Shown: positions 50,536-64,000 of the stretch, piece after piece
How the letters are laid out: each line of letters begins with the position of its first letter
Position numbering within the stretch: the stretch's first letter is position 1
Source: Fimbriosthenelais zetlandica
Lineage: Eukaryota
DNA length: 64,000 nt
Assembly: GCA_977030845.1 (NCBI GenBank)
Contig: OZ365109.1
Span: 62,682,001 to 62,746,000 of the forward strand
Direction: 5' to 3'
Made by a program: the position numbers and the translations under genes
Notes under the pieces: model-generated
Seen by the model: only the letters and a program-made list of their open reading frames with translations
Told to the model about the DNA's origin: nothing
Database searches by the model: none

Positions 50536-52927
50536 TATTCTAAAGTCTTCTAAAGTTGATGACTACAGATCATGTCCTCTACTGAATGTAATATATCAGG
50601 AAGGTAACACATCCTTCGACCTTATACTCAATGTTCATATTGTAGGCTACCTGTTCTAACCCTTCGGCTAGGGATGTAAACATTAGCGGAGATTGTGAGA
50701 AGCGAGGGAAAGTGAAGGGAATATTTAATCATGTTTTGAGGTAAAAGTTATGATATAAATTGAAATATGGAATACAATGAGACATGAATCTGTGAGGGCT
50801 AATCGGGCGCACGAGGGTTAGAAAAAAACAGATAATCGTGAGTGGCAGATCCATGAGATATTATCTGCATTTTCTCATGTATTGCACTTTTTCCTTTGGA
50901 TTCCAACCAATATAAGCCTAGCTTGCTTCTAGAAAAAGATGATATATAGTGTTCTTGTGTACGAGATAATTTCAGAAATTAGGTTTCCTGAAACAGTCGA
51001 AAGGGCAACTAAAATTACATAATTTGTAGTAACGCATTACCTGAGACGGATAATGACATAAACCTGGTGATGATACATTGTGAAGGCCTTTGTTACTTTG
51101 GGGACCATGACGCTTTGTGAGATGGCCTAATACCACTCTGCCATCGTGCCCAAGCACAGATCGGAATGAAGAGTTGCAATTATGTCAACTCGAGCCTTAT
51201 GACCTAAAAGTGTGCCTTGTTTGACCAACACTTAGTCCTCTCTGTGTTCCATCTACATTATTCACTTCTCTGATCGATACAGGGGACATTTTATTTGACA
51301 TAGCTAGAATGCCCAAGCCAGCTATACAAATTTGCTCCATCAAGAATGTCTGAATTATTGGTACACTTATACCAGAGGACAAGTTCACCCATATGCTCCC
51401 TCTGGTTTCCTTGTCAGGGTGGTTTTAGAGGGAGCGTATAATCCAAGGCAAACTCAAGTAGTTCTTCATCACTCTGACATGTGGACAAATATGATCCTCA
51501 GAAATTATATGGCAGAATTGTTGTACAAGCTCTGGGTGAATATACATGGTCAGGCTAAATGTTACCAATTCAGGGGGCCTGTTTCATTTTTGGTCTACTC
51601 GTTGTGTACTTATATACAATATATTTTTATACCCTAATAAAAAATCAAATTGTGACATGTATTTATTTCGTTTCTCAGTTGAAGTGAAATATTCTATAGA
51701 AGTGATTTTTTTTAGAAGTTTCTCATGGTTCTGTATACCTTTTACAGATGATTTGGAATCTGGACTTCCCACTCATTTCCCCCAAGGTTACAGAAAGTGA
51801 AGTTATCCTGAGGCAAATGGACTCTTGTTGAAGTTGTATGAAAGTTTATAGGCACGTTAACCTTCTGCTTAAGATCCCTCAGGGACATGTGACAGGACAA
51901 GTAGGGAATTATCTATGTAGTAAACCCTCGTTTACCCTCAAATTTCGATGAGCAAAAGTGTAACGACGCAGTGTCGCGAAGACACTCGTAGCTTTTGTCC
52001 ATGGAAAAAGCATTCTCAACGGAGATGAGCAATCCAAACTAATAGCCTACACGTCTATGTGAAACTAATTATCTGTCAGCTAATACTCATATCCTTCAAT
52101 GTTCAGAAGGGCATGTCAAGAATGTAATTGTATATCAAGGGCTTGTTTCTCTGGTATATCTATAAGGTATTAAGTTACATATGTATTGATACAATGAAGG
52201 GTCTTCTAAAGTTGTTCCAGACAGGATCATAAGTATTTAAATGGACCCGCTAACGTATGTATACATGTCAAAAAACTGCCCAGTTGACGTAGAGTTTAAA
52301 ATACAAATGTAATTTTCCTTAAAAGACATACGAAAACAAAGAAATCACATTCCCGTCACTTAAATTTTGCACTATAAATACATGTAGCACGTATATCGCA
52401 TGTAACTTATGTGCATGTAAGTTTCTCCAGATCCATACATTTTAACATATAGACCATCAAGCGCGCTAGGATTTTAACCCACACACTATGATTTTTAATC
52501 AGCTACAACATTATCTGTAGTTCAGTGTCCTTTATAATTATTGTGAATAATTTCATCCGTATTTACAATAGTGCTTGTAAATATATTAGTAGGCCCATCG
52601 CAAAGAGCAGCAGAAAAAAATTGAAAATATTTAGAAATTCTATTCGTTTGTCCAATTACTGACATTTCCCAATGGACCGATCTGAAGTCGGCCATAGAAA
52701 ATACTGGATATTGACATTGCCTTTTCGAGATGAAATGACCTTTAATTTCCGGAGACTTCTTATGGCAAATCATTGAAGTCAGAGAAAGAAATCTAATCTG
52801 GCACAAACATTTTTTTCATTGAATTCAGATGCTATCCTTTACAAGTCACTCTTGGCAGAGAGTGCTAACTCTACTAATGTCTACAGGAGAAAACACTAGC
52901 ATTGTGTGGTGTTTTATGAACAAAATA

Positions 52928-52986
52928 ACTGAAATAGATTACACTGAAATAGATTAGGTGAACTAGATTAGGTAAATAGATTTAGG
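52928..52986. repeat. Degenerate ~15-bp tandem repeat (TGAAATAGATTA-like)
   Basis: Four diverging units read directly. Confidence 0.6.
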
Positions 52987-53008
52987 AAAACATGTCAACA
53001 TAGATCTC

Positions 53009-53150
53009 GGGATCATTGACGTCACTCACAATGCCAGTGGCACCCTCTGATGAATATAGGCATAAACCTTTCTATTGGCAGCAATGGAGAAATTAGGCAT
53101 GATATTCATCAGAGGGCGCCACTGGTAGTGTGAGTGATGTCATTGATCCC
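53009..53150. mobile_element. MITE-like inverted repeat / hairpin
   Basis: 49-bp arms 53009-53057 and 53102-53150, 44/49 complementary, 44-nt loop; no TSD identified. Confidence 0.6.
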
Positions 53151-56100
53151 TGGACTAAATTATAGATCTAAAAAAATGTTGTTTTTTAAAATATTTTGCA
53201 CCAAAAGCTTTTCAGGTAATTCAAGTTATTTTTTACATGATACTTGTGTTTTCTTCCCCTTTTAGCTGAAATTAACTCAAAGTTCAGAAGAAACACAAAG
53301 TTATGTATGAACTGAAAATAATTTTCTAATATTTTCTAAGCCGGCTTGAAACAATGAAATACATCATGATGGTTTTCTCCTCCTTGTTCCTTCCAGGACC
53401 TTGTGTAGGTTGGATCCATTACGTTAATGGAACAACGTTTTTCACTCAAGATAGTTTCCAATGACAACACTAATGGTTAATTACCTATGATAGGTTCTTG
53501 GATTAATCCAAACAAAAAAGAACAAATCTGTTGTTACAAAATTGGACGCTGTTTTTCACAGCATGGTCATCATCCATTAATCAGAATGTCTGCAAGTGCA
53601 TGAGGATTGGAAGACCCCCTGAAATTATTTAGAGATGTTTATAACTCCTAAAACGCTAAAAGCATTCCTAACCTATCATACCTTGGGATCTAGAATGTAA
53701 ATTTCCATGTCGTGCCCCGGGGCCTTGTCTAGCGTATTGCAAGAGGTTGGAAAAAGATATTCATAAGTGCTGGAAGAAAGTAGCCAGAGAGGCAATGATA
53801 CATGTATTCAACCACTCCCCCTTCAGAGGCACCGCCACCACAAATCAGGTGGGTACAAGGAAAAATGATCGGGTCGCCAGCTTAGAGTGGAAAGGCGTGG
53901 AAATAATGGTTCTTGGCGACAATGAGAGGTCATACCTCGTCACCTCCATCTTTGCAAAGGTAGTCTCTACTTGTAGAAAAGCAGAGCCATCTCTCTATTA
54001 GAAAGCGGTGAAGTATTGCTGGTGTGGGGGAAACTATCCCCAAAATACATCTCATGACAGAAGGAGAGTCATGATTCATGGCTTCAAGGAAGTAACCTTG
54101 GCGATGTCTGGGCTCTGCTAGGTATAAGGACTGTGAGGAAGAAACTTATAAATTTGGATAATAGATACTGACCTTTTTTCCGCTGCAGACGGCATACAGG
54201 ATCAAAGGGTTTGGTAGTCCTATAGCTGTATGAATAAAACTGTCACTCAGGCCGTATACACATAATACTGTAGCCTATGTACAGGTCCATGGGTTTGAGT
54301 GACCACAGGTTGATACACTCTGGCCAGTGTTTGCCTGTATTGTCGCTCACTTTTTACACCATAACAACTGCACTGCGAAGACCGCAGTCCAGTTTGAATG
54401 TGATAAAACTCCTTATGACCTCCCGAGTTGATAGGATAAAATCCGTTGGGCCCGGCCTAGAAGGTATGTAATTCCGTGATAAAAAATATCGTGAGGAGTC
54501 TCTACTGCCTTGGTGGTCAAGCCTCAGGACTCTTGGCACATATAGGCTGAGCTTCGAGTTTGGAAGGAAATCATTGAAGCGCGACTGACTTTGATTGGGA
54601 TGATTCACTGATTGGATGTCGAGGCAATCATAATGGATTAGACTCGGACTTGAGTGTTTCCCTACTATTCTTAGAGCGGAAGAAACCATTCCTTTGATGA
54701 AAATTATTTAAACTAACGTTTCATCCCAAATCAGAAATCTGCCAATATAATGGTTCGATAAAATCGGAATCCCGGTGGCACTTGCCTCCATAGATCAGCC
54801 GGTTTTCTTAACCAGATCAACCCGTCAGTTGGACGGGCCAAATGAAACTGACATACATCGGTCATACGTCAAGAAAATAACACAAAGGACATTTATGTAT
54901 GGATTCATTCTTTTTATAGAAAATTCTAATTTATCTGCAGTTAAAGTTGATTCATAACATTGATACAATTACAAAATATGACATTCAGGGAATGCATGAC
55001 ACTGTGACTGTCTGAGAGACTGTACTCAAAGATTAAATCAAGCCTGTCGTTCACAACGAATAAAGCAATCCACCTGCCCCTTCCTTCATACTACATCAAT
55101 ATTAGCCAACTGCCAATCACAATGATGTAGAAGTCAACAGTCCATACTATTGCTTGACAGATTTACAATATAGCCAGAGCTATTAGTGACCCATCTATGG
55201 GGCATTGGATTGACTTCCCCCTCCCCTCCCCCCACTCCTCACCACCTCACAGCAAGCCGTGTCACTAAACTAACCCTGTCGCCTACAATCTCACATGTGC
55301 TGGTCTTATATACTGTATTACACCGATGAAAGATATCCCTATCAATAGATGAGAAGGCCTTTCGATAAGGATATAACCTGTATGCCTGCTATGTTCAGAA
55401 AGAGAGAGTGGGACAAGAGTAGGTTGATGCCTGTATGAATGTTGTATCCGACTAATATTGTCATCTTCTTATATGGAAAGCAATAAAGTTAATGGACTGC
55501 ATCTGGCATTACTTAATGGAACTTACTGCTGCATGGGGGAGTATCATGGATATCAGCAATGACTTCTATATGGCATATATCACAACTATTCATCACTTCT
55601 CAGAAGAGATTGTTGCCCATAACTGACACCATCCTAATTTGCGCTTGAAATGCATATTATTCATCACATTCAAACATAAAGAACATTAAATAGTCATTTA
55701 CGCGTCTGTTCCTGTCCATTATAAACAATTCTGACAAAGACAAACAGTTATACAACAAACATCCCTGAAAATGTACTTAAGGCCTTATATCAAACTTTGT
55801 CTCTTTCATGTTCGCTCACATATAGCAAATTAATTGTATCTCCCCTAGAGAATACCTTATAAAAACACGTGTCCATGTTGTCTTAATGCACTAAAAGTCC
55901 CTTTTTTGAAGTTCTCAGCATAAAGGGGATATCTCATAGAGGACTAATAGGTATTGCCTTCTTAATCAAGCAGAAAAGTAGAGAAAGGGGAGGAGAGAGT
56001 TTCCTAAGAGCCCCTCTGGGGCACAAGATGAACAAAAACGAAGAAAAAGCTGTATGTGATAAAGGGCCCGTCATTATCTGCCATATATATAGTATGACAT

Positions 56101-58122
56101 TATTTACCCCATAATATATTGTCCGAAGATTTATCCGGAGTCAGATCTCTAACTAAGTTGTTTATTAACAATACTGCTAATTGCACTACAGAATTCAACA
56201 TAAGACAATAAAAGTACACCTGTCCATATGAGAGCGAACGCCTTATAGTGACCCACTCACCACCGTAGCTATATATACTTGTATGCACACAACATGCAGT
56301 AATTATAGGCCATTATATAAAATTGATTTAGCCTAGGGTTATAAAAAAACCCTGATATATCTAATCTAAACACTGCTTGATTCAAAAACACACAAGCATG
56401 GGTCAAATCTCGTTACTGATTCAAAAGACCCAACAGCATTTGCCCCGTCAAAATTAATTAGCACTTAAAAAGGTCTTCCAGCCTCAGGCACTAATTGATT
56501 CTCCTTTTCTTTTCCACTCATCGCATTATTCGTGAGGTGAATTGAAAGGCACAATTGATTGCATTTGTGTGCCATGGCCTTTCCAGGCAAGCAAGTAAAG
56601 CATGCATGCATTGGTGAAATGTTTGGAGGGGACCATACGGATATGTATAGGCCTATACCAGTATATACCCACTTTGTTTACCCGGGATGCACATGACGTA
56701 CAGGTAAGCAGAAAATTATTTATAACCCCTTGTCATTTTTTTAAGAAATTCCCTACAGCCCTTTCCAGGATCAAACGCCTTTCTGGTTCTAAACTAGAAA
56801 TAAAAAAGCTTAATTAAACCAGATGGATGTTTATACCTTAAATTGCGTTATGGAAGGTATTCAAAATTGATACATGTATACAAATTATTTCGGGTTTAAC
56901 TGTACATGTATGACTATACTTGTATATATGTACATGTATAATGGTTTTCGTGTGGCATGTAACATGCCAAATAGTAAGTTGTCAGTGGGTCCTGAACCCT
57001 ACTCTTCCATCCCCTTTCAAAAATTCTTCCCTTTACTCAATAATAATTCATGGAGCATGCCATGGCATTCTGCCAGGATTTGATGCATACATACATTATC
57101 TAACCATGCATCATGTGGCAAAGCATCTATAGTTCATAGATACATGTAGCAAGGGCTATCGGTACTCTATAGAAATGTGCGTGCATTAAGAAATGAACCT
57201 GAAGAATGCATCTCTTTACTGTATGAATGGCTTTTATCATCCCTCGGGGACCTTTCAATGAGGTTCTGTTCACGAATATGTGGTGTGTACATAGCAGTCT
57301 CTTCTCTTTTTACTGATTGCTTTGAAGAAGCTTCATGTATCTTGTTGCTTGGTGATATTACGGAGCTGTAAAGTGGAGGAAAGGGATTAGGCTAGGATAT
57401 GTAGGACTCTTCAGGGATTACATTTACTATGTTGTGGTTGAGAAACAACAAGTTTGTTCGTTTCAAGAAACTAATCACTGCAACGCATGGGGAATAAGAA
57501 TAATTCAGAAGAAAGCCTAAAATCGTAGCTCCTCCATCTATGAATGTATACACACACCTACCGAAAGTTTAGATCGTTTTCCATGCAGACTTATTATACA
57601 TGAAAACGGTCTAAATATTTGGTATACATCAGGCGTGTGTTACAGTACAAAACTTGCAGTCACTGTTAATATACAAAGAATTGAGAATTGATCAATCATT
57701 CAATAATAATAATTAATGCAAGGAAAGAGAAGTGTAAACAGATGGGATTTCCCTCCTCCACCTGCCTTAGCTTGATTACTGGCAACTGAAGTAATTATTT
57801 AAAGAACCATGGGGAAACGTAGATCTATATGTGGGACACTACCTCAGAACAAGGCCTTCATTTCCCATGTGGAAATTACCATTCAGCACAGGGATAATGA
57901 GGTAGTAACTATACACCTCTGTCTCTCTGGTATGTTTGGTGGTTATGAATGCCCACGCCCCCTCCCCCACCCTTCTCTCGTGCCCCCTGTACAAGTTCTG
58001 ACGATAACGAGACTGTACATAGTTGCAAAGAAGGTGGGAATTCTGTGGATTGTGAATTTTGTGTACCATCAACGAATGTCTCCACGACACTGCGACGTTA
58101 CACTTTTGCTCATCGAAATTTG

Positions 58123-58261
58123 CCAACGACGGCCAACGAGGATCAACGAGAAGGTCAACTATCGTGAAAAGCTATGACAAGGGCCCCCCTTGTGTTAGCT
58201 TAATTATGACAGCTTTTCACGATAGTAGACCCTATCGTTGACCCTCGTTGACCCTCGTTGG
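58123..58261. repeat. Hairpin with 51-bp arms built from 10-bp internal repeats
   Basis: Perfect 16-bp inner IR at 58158-58173 and 58211-58226; the outer 35 bp match 29/35 and contain (CAACGAGGGT)x3-like units. Confidence 0.75.
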
Positions 58262-61200
58262 AGACGTACAATCGTTCCCAGGTCAGTACATCAATGCTAA
58301 AGCATTCGGTTTCTGAAGTTCAAGCTGTCATACAGGGTACAAACATTCGTATCAAAAATTGGGATGGGACACTGTTTCAAGATGAGATTAATGGTTTCAT
58401 CCAAATTCAGGCTGGAACGATTGGCGTGTTTTTACTTTCAAGGCCAGAAAAAATATAGTAGTACCTTCTTCCCTATTTTAACGATGGCATCATGAATTCT
58501 AACTACAGACGCCATTCTGTCAATTTTAGCTGCAATGCTAAAATTTAAGAGTTAATGTGCATCTCTTGTAACAAAGGAAACAATCTAATGGATCTAATAA
58601 TCACCGACTTAAAAGACACAAACAAAATTCATGGGGAATTTGAAAATCCCATGAATGAAACTCCCATGTGTTATTTCATCGCTTCTGAGCAGAAATTCCA
58701 ATGCAGCCTTTCCAAGACAAATATCCATCAGTCTTTACGATGGAATAATGCTGTCTCCATTAGAATATCAGTCCTGGAGTTAACACTAACAAAGAATTTG
58801 AATAAAATTCAGTTCAACTGGCTGATGCCTATTGCTCAAATCTCGCCTACGTTCAATCCTTTAAATTCATCCCCTGTTATGAACAGATAAACACATGCCT
58901 CAGTGTAATAGGAAATTATAATAGTAATGAAAGTGCAATAGAAGATAGGCATCAATTAACAAGTTCATTGAACCTGAAAAAAGCAATAAACAATCTAGTT
59001 ACAACTGCCATAAACATGACGTCGGCCACTCCCCCTTTAGGTTTTGCCACTAATTATGTCACTGAAAGGGAACTGAAAGAATTACACAAGCTGCCTTTCG
59101 ACATATAATAAGCTTAGCCTGCCTTTACTGAATGGTTAACCTTGGCCCTGAGTGAAGCTGGACTCATTACTGGATTTGGGGGATAAATCAGGGAAAAGAT
59201 GATCAGATTAAGACTTTCTAAGGAATCCCTGGCTAAATCCCTGCAGTCTGGGCCTTCAGAGGAACTCCGATGGTCGATACTAATCAAGGTCTCCAGGGTG
59301 AAAGCAGGCCAATGTAGGGACACAAGGTTAATTTACTTTCGTAGGTTCATTCAGAGATTGTTTTCAAATTTCCTTCGCTTGAATGTAAAGTTACATAATA
59401 TTATAGCCTACAGTTTTAAAGGCATGAGTATAGTGAATTTAGCACTGTCTAAACACTGTCTAAGCACTGCTTTCACATTGTATAAAACAGGTCTAGAGAG
59501 TCCATGATTTGGAATCAGACATTGGATTTCATCGACCATATCCAAAAACAATATATTCGTACCTAAACATGAGGAGTGGAATTACAAAATTTTAATTCTA
59601 TCCGAGGCATACTAGAACTGCTAGGTGCTATTAGAATGAACAGTGAATTGTATTTATCATTCACAAAGTCTGTCAGGCTCTCATTTGCTTCACTGGCCTG
59701 TAGATGTTGCAGTAAACTGTTGTAGCATTTGGAAGTGGGTGTGGATTTCACTATGAGTGAGAACCAGAGATGATGAGACGGAGTTCTCCTCCAAATAGAA
59801 GTAGCCCAATCAATATCATCTTTCCAAGAGAGCAACCAGATGATTAAGAATGGCAACAGTTCTCAAACTTAGTCTAAAATGCCAGAATAGAAAGGTATAT
59901 GATTCTGAATACCTTCCATTTTCACATAAGATTAGTTTACTATGCTTCTCATAATATTATAGACCTAGATCTATATATATGTACATACATGTACATGTAT
60001 ATAAAATCTGGAGTTCGTAAACTAATGAAATACGTACGCAGTATTCTTCCATGCAGATTATTGCCAGTGAGGTGTGAACTGTATACCTATAAGGAGCTTT
60101 GTTTATCATCCGAAACTTAATCTGTCATTCAGATCAGGCCCCATGATTGGCCATCTTAGCATTTTATCGAGGAAAATAAGACGTGTGTCAGAGCAATGGG
60201 ATGAATTCGATATTTCCTTGGGGAAATTATAGTATCAAATCAATTGTAGATGCTCAGTCTTTGCCTTTTTCTTATGGAGATAATAATTGTCCAGGGCTCA
60301 ATATTGTGCATAGTGTATTCTCCCTGAGTAATGAGAATCATAACGCATGTGCAAATAGCTTAATGAAATGTCGGTCAGCCATATTTGACATGTGAAAGGC
60401 ACTGCATACATGGAATACTGATATGAGAGATCATATGCAAGATTGTATTGAACATGAAAATTCCGAATGTACGATGATCACAACGAAGAATGATTAACCG
60501 ACCTATAATGAACCGTATTAATGCATGGACAAGTTTGCAACCCTGACCTTCCCACTTGTCTGACAAGAAGGTTAATAATCTGAATTGTTTTTTTATTTCA
60601 TTCCCCAGTGTTCACTGACAATCTGACACTGAAATAATAACCTTGAAGTTGCTGACCGACTGACCCTGGGCCTGGGTGAAAATTGACTCACAATGTTGGC
60701 CTATAATTAGGAAACCTGACATTGATCCGGAGGTGTCTCAATCCTACATCCGTTGGAGAAAACCAACTTGAAGAGACATGGATTGGCCTGGGAAAGTACC
60801 ACTGTGAAAAGCAATTTACATTTTCAAAGTTGCTTCAGCATAATATATCACAGGTCCAGCTTTAAGCCAGGGAAACCGAAATAAAAAGTTTTACGTATTA
60901 ACGTTGTTGAGTAAATTCAGAAAATATTCACATTTTGTAGCATCCCCAGTGCATCCTTATAACCTTAAAGGTCATTAGATTTTCCTCCCGCCTCAATCAA
61001 GGTTAAGGATATTAGGAAGCTGCCGTTATTTGGGACTTCCCACATCACTTACTCTATGACTGATCTGCCCCAGCCTAACTCATCCATGATTCAACCTAAG
61101 GGTTCCCTTAAGACCAGCTTCCAAAGCTTTCCCTCAGCAAATGACACCTCCAGAGGTTGCCAGCTACTAACATTAAAACCACCTAATGAGGTGGACATCA

Positions 61201-64000
61201 GGCTAATGAAGATTCAGCCTTCTGCTTCAGGGGCTTGTTTCAGAAAAATAAACAAGCTTTTCCTATTTCTCCACCGCTACTACCACCAGAACGATCTTTT
61301 TCGCGTGAACACACCCCACCCCTGATTTCCGTGTCTTCTAGAAGATTTGGAGCTATAAGTCACTGCTATTATAACTAACCCTAATCCAAATTACCCCCTA
61401 TGACTACCGAGTATCAAGTCTGCGGATCAATGGCTGGTACCTGAACCAGCTAATTAATAACCTTATTCAATGCCATCAGCTTAAATCAGGGGTCTTCATC
61501 ATTAGGCCACAGGTTCTTGGGGATTTATCAGAACCAAAATAGAGTCTTCGGCTAATTAAAGAGCGTCATCGATGTCAAGGGATAATTGTTCCTTTTGCAA
61601 CGTGGCTTAATAAATTATTGTATGTATGAGATTGTGACGCATACTTCCATGATGTCAGTTTACCTCTTAAAGTCATACACTAATGGCCATAATTTCTGCA
61701 TTCTGCAAACAGGTAAGAAATGAGTAAAAAGTAAGTAGCGACAAAATGGAGGAATCTCGTGATCCTTTCATGAAAAATTAATTCTGAGTCTTACGAAAGC
61801 CATTAGAGGAACATGGATGCCACCCTGATGCTGTAACTAGGAGCAGTCCTTCCATCCCATTAGGGCAGAAAAAAACCCTTAAAAAATACATAAGACATTT
61901 TAAGCTAGTGGGTATCTTTTTGTACTTATCCATGCAGAAAGGTTCCCTAAAATACAGGTCGACCTCACGTTACCCATATCACATCATATCTTACCCATAT
62001 CCCTGATATCTTGGCTAATGTAAAATGAAATATCTTCCCACTCCCTTCATATAGCAGTGTTAAGCGAATGATCACATATCCCATATACAGAAGTCTCATA
62101 TAAATGACACCTAATTTGTCAAAATCTCTCGGGTCCATTTACGTAGAAATAGGATAAATAGGCTAACATTTCCACTGACATTTCTTATTCATAGATATAC
62201 AGCAATTCAAATAATATACTGATCCTATACTATGATGAATAATTCAAAATTTATCAACAGAAACTAATTTGTATGGTTGATTTAATGAAGCATTACAAAT
62301 TAAATCGTTGTCAGCCTATCAACCGTTATGATAAATCATCGGTCGAATAATGGACTTTATGTATATCATTATGATATCGCCAGTTAACCCACTTAATTGT
62401 ATGCATAAAAATATATATTATATTTGTCATTCCTGAGTTTAGTTTTCCATACATTGTGGATGTTATACATTTTAGTTAAATCATCTGGGCTTCCTACAAT
62501 CAGCATGAAGGATACAAGTCCGACACTCCATCTAGAGGACCATGATGAAGTTGCTTCTCTGTGAGTCGCTCTCAAGGTAAGGCTGGAACCTCGAAGGCAG
62601 CCTACAAACCAGTATTTCCCAACAATCACACGAGAGGGTGCCAATCACTTCAAAGGATTAGTACAGGGTTTTGTATTATAAAAATGAAAAAAAATATCCA
62701 TATCCTAGGATATAACTCATAGGTAATTCAGCGGCAGGATTAGGGTTGTAAAACCATGAGTGTCAACATATCATGAAATGGTAGTTTAGCGCTCGGTAAA
62801 AACAATATACGTTCTTACCGAGAATAGTTATGGAATAACTACAAAATCCAGCACCCATCTATTTAACTCATAATATTCAAAGCATTTTGTGTGCAATCCA
62901 AAAATTTAAATCCCTGGATTCTATATTTTACCCGTTCTTTCCAGGTGCTGAGACTGTATGATAATGTTCAAGATATGGTAATGGTACACAGCTGACCACC
63001 ACGACGCACTCCCAGCGGAGGACACATACATAACTCCCTCCTACTCCTTCTAATCATCTTTATGGACTCTTCTCTCCGCCGTGTCTGGATAATAAAGACT
63101 GGAAAATATTATAATCCTTGGGTGTAGCCTAACGTATCTCCTCTTTTCACCTTGTACACTCAAACGCTCGGGATTAAATAAAAACAACAAAGCTATTTTG
63201 GTTTCAGGCTTCATTGCGCAGCTACCTGGGTCAGGCGCTCGCATACTTCCGCCTCTCACGACTGGAATCAAGCTAAACATGAAATAGAGGAGGGTGTCAT
63301 TTTTCGTCGGACAAGGACTTGCACAATCTGTGTCACGACTCTGATTTTGAAAATCGTTAATATCTCGGCAACCACTGGGTCTTTTTTTTAAATGAAAAAT
63401 GATAAATCTTAGTTGGGAAAATGTCTAGTGGGTGGTATACGATATAAATGCTGAAACAGCTTCTAAAAATTTCGATTTTCAAAATGTAGCTAATTTTCAA
63501 ATGGTCCCGACCATGGCCCGGTTTTCAATCCAAGGCTCTGATATAAGTTGAATGGCCGACACAGTGGCGCCCTCAGGTGGCGGGTGCACGTAGGCCTATC
63601 GCTCGTGCTGGCTTGCTCCTTCCAGAGAATCCAGGAGTAGAGAGCGTTGGCTAGATCTCAGTAGGTTAGTTCACCTTTTCGCCGCTAGAAATCTCGGGTC
63701 ACTACTGTCGCGCTGGCCATAGAACACAATGCTAAGACCTCAAATTGGCACCATTTTCAAAATCCGAAATTTTAAATTAATTTCATGTGCACAAAAACCA
63801 CATACACACCTGGAGATGCTCTCAACTAAGAATAATCCGTTTTAATTGTAATTTTAGACCCATTATTTACAAAAATATTCAACAATTTCGACTTTTAGTG
63901 AGAGGGCGCTGTTAAGGTTTTTAAAAGGCCAAATTATAGGCCTGTATACGTACGGCCGATTTGTCAACTTCACAGAAATCGGTGTTTTCCTCGTTTTCCG

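Noticed and set aside
58555-58890. GNNLMDLIITD resembling a LINE endonuclease motif
   Set aside because: Single motif with no flanking conservation.
42897-62644. Remaining 60-120-aa ORFs in the right half
   Set aside because: No recognisable domains, many non-ATG starts, and lengths consistent with random ORFs or old TE debris.
63290-64000. Probable non-autonomous DNA-transposon interior at the window edge
   Set aside because: Composition is suggestive, but no ends or TSD can be defined inside the window.

Overview
AT-rich eukaryotic (probably marine invertebrate animal) genomic DNA dominated by repeats; I could not support any intact host gene. The centre of the window is a ~15.2-kb CACTA/EnSpm-type (CMC) DNA transposon at 14522-29681, with 13-bp imperfect CACTG TIRs, a TA target duplication and TAAACA subterminal repeats. 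It carries two genes on the + strand. The first is a C2H2-zinc-finger/DDE transposase whose 5' ~2 kb is tandemly amplified to four copies; all four share one frameshift and only copy 4 is full length. The second is a spliced accessory gene missed by the ORF track, whose N-terminus reads as a CIDE-N domain split by an intron. The element has been hit by nested insertions: a SINE with a 14-bp TSD, a TTAA-site Kolobok-like element, a CR1/L2 LINE 3' fragment and a 482-bp AT-rich segment. Outside it are a tRNA-Ile-derived SINE head, several MITE-like hairpins, an unidentified ~250-300-bp repeat family at three loci and a four-exon, phase-compatible pseudogene-like chain on the minus strand. All family assignments come from motif recognition by eye; no searches were run.
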